64,000 nt of DNA, taken from assembly GCA_030704615.1 (NCBI GenBank), contig CM060734.1:11346001-11410000 (forward strand), read 5' to 3'. This document shows, in pieces, positions 1 to 9,440 of the stretch. Below the pieces are notes generated by a model. The model did no database searches. It was not told the DNA's origin and saw only the letters and a program-made list of their open reading frames with translations. The first letter of the stretch is position 1; every line of letters starts with the position of its first letter. The position numbers were made by a program, and so were the translations under genes. This DNA comes from Takakia lepidozioides (lineage: Eukaryota; Plantae; Bryophyta).

Positions 1-1
1 C

Positions 2-718
2 CAAAATAGCTACGCAGCCCCTTGGTCAACAGCGGCTCTGGCTGCTGGCCACACCCTTAGTGCACAGCAGCGTGCCATGATCTATGGAGAGCCACAGCCC
101 CAGTCACCACAGTCACCCTCTGGGCAGCAGACGCCAGTACAGCAATATCAAGGGCAACAGCAGCTGCAAGGGCAACAGTTGCAAGCACAGAAGCAAAGGC
201 AGCCGCAAATTCAAGAGCCACCACCATGGCAAGAACAGCCACCACAAGGGCAGCTGTGGCAAGGGGGCTACCAGGCTCCCTCTCCGCGGGGGGGTGTCAA
301 TGGTTCACCTGCAATGAGTGCACAACAGCGGGCTTTGCTGTTTGGATCACAAACAAGCACTCCACTGATCCCACCACCCTCAGGCCAACTGAACCAAAGG
401 CAGCAATTTTTTCAGCAGCAACAAGTACCTCAAGGTAGTGAACCTTACAGGATGAGCTATGGTGGGGTCACGCAAAGCGACATCTTAGGGCAGACCCACA
501 ACCTCTCCCTCCAGGACACCAGTCAGTACACGCAAAATCAGCCAATAGGAGGGTATTATGGGCAACGTGTAGTTATGATGCCCAGTTCACAGCAGCAGGT
601 GTCACCTTCGGCTAAGATATTCAACCCAGCTGACAAACTGTTTGAGGATTTGGTGGATTTGCGCAGCTTTAAATCAGCAGGAATTCCGGGTAACCTTTCC
701 AGGCCGAGTACTAGTTAG
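2..718 (+). CDS. 3' terminal coding exon of a TOM1-like (TOL, VHS-GAT) protein; gene starts upstream of the window
   Basis: The frame is open from position 2 (QNSYAAPW...) to TAG at 716-718. A Gln/Pro-rich tail ends in NPADKLFEDLVDL, resembling the KPEDKLFxDLV C-terminal motif of plant TOL proteins. Confidence 0.7.
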   Translation, partial: QNSYAAPWSTAALAAGHTLSAQQRAMIYGEPQPQSPQSPSGQQTPVQQYQGQQQLQGQQLQAQKQRQPQIQEPPPWQEQPPQGQLWQGGYQAPSPRGGVNGSPAMSAQQRALLFGSQTSTPLIPPPSGQLNQRQQFFQQQQVPQGSEPYRMSYGGVTQSDILGQTHNLSLQDTSQYTQNQPIGGYYGQRVVMMPSSQQQVSPSAKIFNPADKLFEDLVDLRSFKSAGIPGNLSRPSTS

Positions 719-2031
719 GCTGGACGCCATTGATGTTATCATTATTGTGGCGAGTAATGTAAGTGGGTTGAGGTTGTTTTATGGCTACCTTTCAAGCATT
801 GCATAATGATAAGTTCTCTCCCTCATCCCTCTCACCCCCACTCTCTTTTGAATCTTCAACTGTGGTGGTTATCATGCATGCTGTTTGGAAAGCTGTCGCG
901 TAAACATCTTCATGAGGGAAGATTTTTTTGATCTCGTCTCTGATGAGGTCGGCTTGAGTGTCAAATATAATAAGCTGCATGAAAAAAGATATTTGAGCTT
1001 GAGAACGCGTGGCTCTTTCATCATGACATGTTGTGCACACAATCTCTCATTAATAATTTCGCGGTTGTGCTTGACCCGAGTGTTTGTTGGGAAAGAGGAA
1101 GCTCGGGTTGGGAGGGTAATAACGTTCACTGGGCTTTTTCTTGGGGAAGGTGCAGACAGGGGACAAAGATTTGAAGTCTCCCGTGCTTGAGGGCACTCGA
1201 GTTGTTTGATATTGAATATTCGTGTTGGTATTCAAGGTCGAGGTTGCAGTCAGTATTGCGTATGAAATATGCAGTCATCTACCGGGCCGCTTTAGCACAG
1301 TTGAATCTTCTCTCAAGTAGTCAAGCATTGTTTGACACTCGCTTACTGATTCAATGCCTGGGATGCATACGGTTTGCAAGTGACACTCGTGTGACCATAT
1401 CCCTGTGACCATCCTCTCTACTTTTGAAGGCTTGAGTCTTGGTGAGGGCAACTTCTAGAATTGTACAACCTGCAATGAAACTGGTATGGCATTCCAAAGC
1501 ATTCAACGTCATGTTAGCAATCCTGGCACTAATGGGGGTGCTCTGCTAAGTATTAGGTAGCCGGTGCGAGGAGCCTGGTTACCTGTTGTAATTTGGGGCC
1601 CTGAATAGTCGAGCTGTGGGAGCGGCGAGAGTATTTAGGGCCAAATTACAACCGGTAACCTGGCGACACCGAGAAGCTCCTGCAGCTAGAGTATCTGTCT
1701 CTCTCCTGAAGATCTGCAACTCCTACTTCCTGCATACACTAAGAACTAGATGTCCAAGAAGTGTGGAAGACGAAACGTTTTCAAGAACCAAACGTCTTCT
1801 AGAAGCATCGGGATGAACGTCACTAGTTAGATCAAACTGTGGTCAGAAGAACCCTAAGATATTGAGTTGATCCTACCCCATGTAGAAGTGTTTTGTATTC
1901 ATGTAATTCATTCAACATAGTCGATAGTTGTTTTGATCACATATGCAGATATAGATCAAGTATACATTCGATATAGATTGAGGATAGTTTACTGATGTAC
2001 TTGATGTACTAGGCAGTAAGGTTTTCCAACA

Positions 2032-2044
2032 GGTTATGGGCCCA
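2032..2044 (+). promoter_or_regulatory. Primer-binding site (PBS) of half-tRNA(iMet) type
   Basis: GGTTATGGGCCCA abuts the LTR end CAACA. This is the PBS type known from Drosophila copia, complementary to an internal part of initiator tRNA-Met. Confidence 0.8.
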
Positions 2045-2111
2045 CAACAGGCAAGATCCAAGTAATATTCAAAGACATCAGGAAGTGAGAAAGAGTTGTC
2101 ATCTGGACAAG

Positions 2112-3755
2112 ATGAAGAGTAGTACAACAGATCTAAAGGACATTGCACATGTCAGCACATGTGGAGGAGAGAACTTTCACTTGTGGAAGTATCAGATGGA
2201 GATTGTTTTCGCAGCAAGGAGACTCATGAGTGTAGTGAGCGGAGAGGAACCTGCAGAGCTAGCGAGAGACAGAGAGGAATGGGAGGACAAGAATAATTAT
2301 GCTCGATTGTTGATCAGTTCAGCAATTGATTCAAAGTATCTACAGATGATCATCAGTTGTAGAAGTGCAGCACAAATGTGGAGTAGACTACTTCCTATCC
2401 ATGAGCAGAGATCGGCAGAGAATGTCCACATATTGCAGCAGCAATTTTTTGAATATCGGATGAAATCTGGAGATGATATTGCCACACACGTCTCAAATGT
2501 GGAAAATCTGGAAAGACAACTAAATGATTTGGGAGAAACTGTGACAAAGTGTGCAATTGTCACTAAAATAGTTTGTAGTCTCCCGCCTAGTTTTAGGCCA
2601 ATGTTGTTTGCATGGGATAATGTCTCTATCGCCATGAAGACAATGCAGAATCTCACGATTCGACTGCTGAAGGAGGAGACACTAAATAAAATGCAGGGAG
2701 ATGATTGTCATGATGAGACTGACAAGGCTTTCTTCACAAGAACCAAGGGGTCTGCAAGCAGATCATATAAACGAGGTGACAGTAATTATATCCAGAACCT
2801 CAAGCAGCGGACTACGTGTAACGGATGCGGTGAGAAAGGTCACTGGATAAGGGAGTGCCCAAAGAAAGCAGAAAATACTAGTGGAGCCGATTCATCTAGA
2901 GGCAAGAGTCACTCACAAGCATTTGCGACTGAAAGCTGTACATCTCAGGCATTGTTTACTACGGGCAACAGCACGGATGATTGATATGCAGATGGTGGTG
3001 CCTCTGAGCACATGACTGACCGGAGAGAATGGATCACAAATTTCAAGAAGGTTAAGAAGGGGACGTGGCCGGTACTAGTCGTTGATAATCGAGAGCTCTG
3101 GGTTGAGGGAACATGAGACATTTTCATTCAATATCTAGTTGACTCAAAATGGAAGGATGGAGTCATGAAATATGTCTTTTATGTACCAGGATTGAAAAAG
3201 AATCTATTCTCCATCGGTCAAGCAGCAGACAAGAATGTGTCAACATGTTATAAGAAGACGGAGTGCAAAATGACAAATCAAGAAGTGAAGGGAGAAGTGG
3301 TTTACTGGAACGAGGAAAGGAAAGCTATACAAGCTTAATTTGAGAGTGTATACTCATCTCACAAGCCAGTGCTGTAGTCACTCTAGGATCTCCAGAAGAA
3401 TATCATGGAGAATCAGAGGAAATAGATGCGCATCTCGAATTGAAAGAAGGTAGCATGCGACTTTGGCATAGTCAACATGCAGAAAATCAAGGACATGGAG
3501 ACCAAAGAGTTTGTGAAGGGTTTGAAATTAAAGAAGAAAGGATACAGTGACATTTTCTGTGAAAGTTATGCCTATGGAAAACAATGCCGAATCAGCTACT
3601 CATCAGATCCAGACAAGAGAGATCGAAGGGTTCCCGGTGAATTAATTCACTCTGATATTTGTGGAAAAATGGATGTTCAGTCCATTGGAGGAGCTGAGTA
3701 CTACCTTCTCTTCAAAGATGATGCCTGCGGATACAAATTCCTGTATTTTATTTAG
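2112..3755 (+). pseudogene. copia gag-pol pseudogene
   Basis: Gag 'GENFHLWKYQMEIVF'; zinc knuckle CNGCGEKGHWIREC; protease D*YADGGASEHMT (TGG>TGA at 2982-2984); integrase 'ELIHSDICG...YYLLFKDD'. Several stops and frameshifts. Confidence 0.9.
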
Positions 3756-3933
3756 CACTGGCTACTTGATATAACCGGTTTTAGGACGAGTTGAGCCGTT
3801 AGATTGTTTCCATCTATGTCGTCCATTTCCTGATATTCGACGTGCATCGTGTGATCAATTGAGCCCTTATTGAGTTGTCAGGCTAAACCGGTCCCTCTAC
3901 CTACCTATCTCTTCGACCTTGTTAAATAAGGAT
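3756..3933 (+). mobile_element. Short (~180 bp) non-autonomous element, termini CACTGG...AGGAT
   Basis: Sits exactly where the copia integrase breaks off. Has an 8-bp subterminal inverted motif ACCGGTTT/AAACCGGT. Shares terminal words with the insertion at 33315-35285. Confidence 0.4.
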
Positions 3934-3959
3934 TAGTAGTCACTTTTTACGGTCCGCTT

Positions 3960-5135
3960 CCTGCGGAGTCACGCAGTGGGAAATGTTTGAAGGCGATGAC
4001 TACATGTTATAACCAGCATCCTTAGAGCGAATCAGTGAAGAACACGTTGGCAAGATGGTAGGTAGGGAAAAGTTGAAGGACGAAGAATACAGGTTATATC
4101 CAGCATCCTCAAAGCCAATAAAACCATGACACGTCGGCAAAACTCGTCCTAAATGGTGGCAGAGAATCCGTTGCCACACCTGCCCCAAATTCCGCCTGCT
4201 GTCATGCAATATGGGCAACCCATTGTGGAGACGACAGTGTCTGCATCATAATGGAGAATTGCTCGCACCTGCCGGTGTATCGAGGCAGATATTCCGCAAT
4301 TCGAGTGGATACACGGCAACTGTGTAGTGAGATGATACGGAGGAACCCAGTCGGGGCAGTCCCTGCACCTTGTTTCACGAGAAGATTTGTTTGTGCAAAG
4401 TTTGTGGAGGCGACAACGACCGTCTTCTGGTTCTGCAGGCATGACATTTTGAGTTGTGTCTTCGGAAAGCCCAAGTACGGCATACAAGCAATGCCAAAGG
4501 CTCCAACAGTTTGGCCGGTTGAACCGGGATGCAATCTGACTTAGCTTGAGGCCGACGCCCTTACTGCAGCAGGATTACGGATGGTGCAACGCACAGATTT
4601 CCCCGCACAACCATTTCCGGTTCAACAATCTCGCCCATCCACTAGTATGAGAGGAAGAAGCGACTGACATGACAACTCTGCGCATCCTATAATGCGTTGG
4701 GGGAAAACGAAGAGATGACGAATGCACGTGGGATGGCCTGTACAATCCAGAGCTTGCGAGAAGTGCCCCAACCAGGTTTTGGGCGTGTTTATCAAATGGC
4801 CAAAGCAGGGTCAGCTGCCCACAACGAGGTGTACACCCAGAGCTCGCGAGAAGTGCCCCAACCAGGTTTTGGGCGTGTTTATCAAATGGCCAAAGTAGGG
4901 TCAGCTGCCCGCAACGAGGTGTATACCATCACAATTTCCGAATTTCCCACCTGCAATTGCCCCGACTTCCTGACCATGGAAGCGAAGAAGGGAGCGTATT
5001 GGCCTTGCAAACATCTGTACTACGTGTACCTGAAGACTGAAGTGCAATTCCACAACTCATGACCTCATACATGCACCAACCTTGAGCCCCAACGAGGTGC
5101 ACAAGCTCCTTAATATGGATTCAGGGCACCACTGA
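3960..5135 (+). pseudogene. Degenerate SWIM zinc-finger gene, probably TE-borne (MULE-like transposase C-terminus)
   Basis: SWIM motif CxC...CxH: 'FPTCNCPDF...WPCKHLYYVYL', then (after a frameshift) 'IHAPTLSPNEVHKLL'. Upstream block 'WRIAR...PAPCF...FWFCRHDI..CV.G...VWPV'. Stops and frameshifts present. Confidence 0.7.
4747..4926 (+). repeat. 90-bp in-frame tandem duplication
   Basis: Units start at 4747 and 4837. Both encode QSxREVPQPGFGRVYQMAKxGSAAxNEVYT. Confidence 0.95.
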
Positions 5136-5640
5136 GCTTGCTCTTTTGGGTCAACACAATGTTTCGTTCTTTCTTTCTGAAGTTTCAGTCATGGTCACTT
5201 AAACTATACTGCTGCAAGTACCTCTGACTTTGACAAACAACTGTATCAGTACCTATTTTTGTCATACTAAGATACCATTCTATCATTTCCTTGTGTTTCC
5301 CTGTGCGGCTCATGGTTTCCGGCTCATGAAATAGTAAACCTCGTTTGTGTAAAAGGTGTTGGGCACGAGTGGCGCCTGGAGCTCTACTCGTGTTGCGGCT
5401 TGCACATATTGTGGAGCAACCCTATGAGACATGTGGGATTGCCGATGCGGCAAGGGTGAGTCTTCTATACCCCATTGTTTTAACATTATTTGTACTAGTA
5501 TATAAGGACGTAAGTTCGTTCTAAGTACTCGTTTATTTAAAAATGACTTGTAATTGATATTACAATGGAAGTTGTTGTGGACGTTAAATGTATGGGTAAA
5601 TAACAAACTAATTGTATTAATCATATATTTATACGTGCAG

Positions 5641-6540
5641 CCACGAGTCGTTGCCCTCCAAGCGCGTGAAAACAGTACATCACAAATATGTGATGAGATA
5701 AATTGACAGTTCTTTTGAGTTGGAGGTGGACCATCCTTTGCCGGATGTGCCTTTGTTTTTCACCCAGCTTGAGATAGATAGGGTCCGTGAGACGAGGGGC
5801 TTACCCTATGCCCTTCGATTATTTGGTCGCCAAGCTTGCAGCCGGCCACCGCTTGCACTGGCGCCTCCTCATGATGATATTCCACGTCCATCACCAGTAC
5901 GCTCTAGTTGTACTAGTAGTCCAGCTCCACCTCCTCCACCTTCTGATCCTCATCCATTTGTATCTCCTCCTCCTCCACTTTGGACTAGTACACCGTCCCA
6001 TGAGTCACCTGCACCACCTCCACTTTGCGCTAGTACTGCACCGGCCCATGAGCCACCTCTATCACATCCAGTTTGCACTAGTACACCAGCCCATGAATCA
6101 CATCTACTTTCGAGACCACCCCGTGGGCAGTCACCTCCCAGCTCACCCGATCAGTCACAGACTTCACCTCCTAGCTCACATCACTAGTCACCCCAACATA
6201 TTCCAAGTGCTTCATCCCAAACTCAGGCATTGATAGTGTCACGTGCACGTGCCACCCAGACCCCTAGGAGGTGTAGGCCGTCACTGGTACTTGAGGTACG
6301 ACGGCCTGATGATCCTAGGGTTACTGGCAAAGAGTATAGGACTGCAGACACCATTCAGGCCTACCCTTTGGCGTGCACTAGTGCCTCTGGCCCCATTCCT
6401 CAAGGCCAACCATTTGAGTTTTGGGGTCGGCAAGATTGTGTGAAAGCCACGACCAACCCTTCCATGGGTCGTGGGCTATTTGCAATGGATGATATTGTGG
6501 TTCCTCCAAGTAGAGGGAAGACAGTGGACTTATTTTGTGG
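5641..6540 (+). pseudogene. Fragment of a gene with a Pro-rich linker and the start of a SET-like domain
   Basis: AG acceptor at 5639-5640, a Pro/Ser-rich ORF, then 'SMGRGLFAMDDIVV', matching SET motif I (GxGLFAxxDI). The reading diverges at about 6540, before the catalytic NHS motif. Confidence 0.5.
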
Positions 6541-6893
6541 TCAAAGCCCCTATGTCTTCTCGATCGGGGGCGGAGCTCCGCCCTCCCGCCGCCAGATTCT
6601 GCTAAATTCTTAGCCATGACTACTTCCATAGGGTTTCACCAACTTTTCGCTTTTATCACTGTTATTACCTCTCTCTTTAGAGGTTCCGCTAAGTTACGCT
6701 TAGCTACGAGCTTAGCTCCATCTCCCGCCATAGCTCGCCCTGCGGCTCTTTGCACTGCTAAGCAGTCCTCCAGCGACTCTACTTCCCTCCTCCCTACATG
6801 CAAGATTCGCCTCTTTCCTGTGCTTCTTTCAAGCTATTTCTCGATCATTTTCATTTCGTTTTATAGGCAAATATGTTCTACGACTACTCCGCA
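6536..6893. repeat. Possible solo LTR
   Basis: TGTGG...CCGCA termini; non-coding; bridges two unrelated truncated sequences. No target-site duplication (TSD). Confidence 0.25.
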
Positions 6894-7300
6894 GAGGGGC
6901 AGTGTGGGGATGGAAATATGGTAGGCCAGAAGGTGTGTTTCCGTTGATGGGCCCATATACTGGGCAAATCTGAATTTGAGAGTTTGTCGGATTTGTGCAT
7001 CAGATGCAGCTGTAGTATGCCAGAAGTGATTGGACAATTTGTGGTTGAGTACTTCGGAATGTGTCCATTTTTGGATATGTTGTTTGATGTGGTTGAGGGA
7101 CTCTGCGGCTTATTTGTTGGCTTCTTTAGATAGGGTAGATCGGAGGTTTCGTATAGACCGGGGTTCAGGTGGACTTGGGATCGGGTGTATTAACCAGAAC
7201 GGTGCGCATGTGCAATATGTATGGGATCGGCCGAAGGTTCCACTGGTGGTTTGGAGGCCCCATGCTGAGCAAGGAGGTCAACCTCCTCATTTCCGTTAAT
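6894..7300 (-). mobile_element. LINE (L1-like) ORF2 fragment: end of RNase H and Cys-containing C-terminal region
   Basis: Minus-strand pieces 'GNEEVDLLA' (RNase H end GNExAD) and 'QIRQTLKFRFAQYMG...HTFWP...HCP(L)C'. Frameshifted. Confidence 0.6.
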
Positions 7301-7589
7301 TCCGGTATGTGAACGTACTTTAAGAAAGTGAATGGGTTTGTCAATTGAGATAGCCAGGGTGTCACAAGTCAGCTTTATGACAAATCCCAGACTTCAAAGT
7401 CAATGAAGTCTCTGGGTGGGGGGGTGGGAAAAATTAGAGATTCAATTACCACTGTTCATAGCAGGAAACCATTGTTCAACATGCTAAAAAGTGCCATTCA
7501 TGACATGCCATGTCATTCAGTCTGTATTTTTTGGTCAGCTTACATACCAAGGCATAACCAACCATCCTAATTTATTGTTGGCCCAAAAA

Positions 7590-8075
7590 CTCTGATACCA
7601 CTTGTAAAGGATTTGACTCTCTTTTCTTTGTCCAACTATGACAAAATTTCAGGCGCTTTGCTTGGTTTGCTGTTCACAGGGAATTTACCAAAACTCCAAG
7701 GAAAACTGATTGCTCGGGATTTTGTTTCAACCGGACTCTCATCTATATCTGAATTCCAGCCAAGGCCCTATAGTTTTGGGTTCTTTGTATCATTGGACAT
7801 ACCAAAGTGACTGAGCAGTAAGTATCCATGTCCAAATAAAGATCCATTGATCACTGTTCATGGCTGGAAATGTTTGTTTGTCTTAAAGAAGCCATTTATG
7901 ATCATAGAAGGCTTAAGAACAAAATAAGAGCAAGGCCTGTGTCATAGCTCTCAAGACCAGCAAACAAGAATGCACAACAAAATGTACAAAACATGCACAA
8001 AGAAAGTGAATCGCCCAAACTTAAAGAGTTCAGACACTTCCCCAAGGCCTTAAGATCGTCACTTGTATCTTAACA
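7590..8075 (-). mobile_element. LTR with tRNA-Met PBS of a truncated LTR element
   Basis: CTCTGATACCA at 7590-7600 is the reverse complement of PBS TGGTATCAGAG. It lies 2 bp from TGTAA(7603)...TAACA(8075). No coding region retained. Confidence 0.55.
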
Positions 8076-8599
8076 TGTTAGTTTGTTAGTTGTCTGGAAA
8101 TCGTTGGTAAAGCACGTAGGAAATTAGACATTGTCTGAGACGACCATGGAGAGGAACTCTGGCGTCAAGATGACCGTAGGAAGCTGCATCGACAGCATAT
8201 TAGGCTGCCGATTCGGTACTAGAAACGGCGAGTTAATCCTGTTCGAACAATACAGGACGACTGTTCCAGTCCCAGATTGCGATCTCTCTTTTCTCCCGCC
8301 TTTCAAGTCTAGTAGGAACACACGGCGACGAGCTTGGCAATTGGTGGAAGCGACATGTATAGCGATGAAATATCGCAACAAAGCAATTGGCCGCATCGGA
8401 ATGACAGCAGGTCAGGACAATTTCAAACGACAAAGCATGGACTTGTTAGCGGTGCGGGACAACTGGAGGGGACTCTGGACAACCTATGACTCAGTGGAAG
8501 GGTCAAAGACCCCAGAGCCATCACCAGGGATTTGATTTCCAAATATACCACAAAATATGTGTGTAGTGAAAATACGACGAATGGCGAGAAGTGCAACTT

Positions 8600-8880
8600 T
8601 TTACCACCGATGGAGCTGAGAATTTACAAGCTGATACGGGGTATATAATTGTATTTTGTCACCAAGTTTGGTGATTTATGGAGCTGATTAGCTGCGGGGA
8701 AAAATTATTGAGTCGACGGCACTCACAATTGCATTTCTACTTATTGGATGGATGAAAAATCCTGGAATTCGCCTTGAGGAGCTGGATGGATGAAATGACA
8801 ACTCGCGCCAACTGGTCATCCAACTGGATGGATGAAAAAACAGCTTCCATTTGCCTCTAAGGCTTTTCATCCATGTGGAA
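8600..8880. repeat. Small interspersed repeat rich in GGATGGATGAAA
   Basis: Three GGATGGATGAAA copies and an inverted TTTTCATCCA. Related words (TTGGTGATTTAT, GGATGAAA) recur at about 27150-27350. Confidence 0.35.
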
Positions 8881-9440
8881 TAATATATTATAGATCCTCC
8901 AAGGAAACAATAGTTTAATAAATATTTTCCATTAGTCTATTAGGCACAACAACAGTATAAAAGAGGGGGCAAGGCTTCTCTTATTCTCATCTAGCTCAAT
9001 GGAATGCGGTGCCAATTTTTGCTGATGGGCCTGCAGTTCGAACAACGACCATCCCCAATATGGAAATGCGGCACCGCATTTCCAATTCCGCCATCTCGAC
9101 CTCATTGTTCGACCTCATTGTTCGACCTCTGTAAGCGTGGTGGCATCCATGAAATGAGCGGGAGAGGCCAAAACTGGCGTGTGGACAAAGGAAATTTTGG
9201 AAATGCGGCACCGCATTTCCAATCGGCCGATTACTTTTTACTATGCCAACATTGAAATGGAAAATTTAGTCCCTCCCCTGTTTTGGAAATGCGGTGCCCC
9301 ATTTCTGATTTTGGGAGCGTCGTGGTTTGGGCGATTGTGTGGCTGGAATGCACACTGGAGAGGGGTCACGAATGTCGGGGAGAATTTCCTTTATATACTC
9401 TGGAAGAGAATTTACATTTACAGAGACCATTAAAATTCTA

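Larger units (their letters stand above)
1512..3755 (+). mobile_element. 3'-truncated Ty1/copia LTR retrotransposon (5' LTR, primer-binding site, gag, protease, start of integrase)
   Basis: Putative LTR TGTTA(1512)...CCAACA(2031) is followed directly by GGTTATGGGCCCA. Then come gag with a zinc knuckle, a protease motif and integrase, in copia order. The sequence breaks off at 3755. The LTR 5' boundary is uncertain. Confidence 0.88.

Noticed and set aside
8131-8535. 134-aa ORF after the LTR remnant
   Set aside because: No recognisable domain, start context or splice structure.
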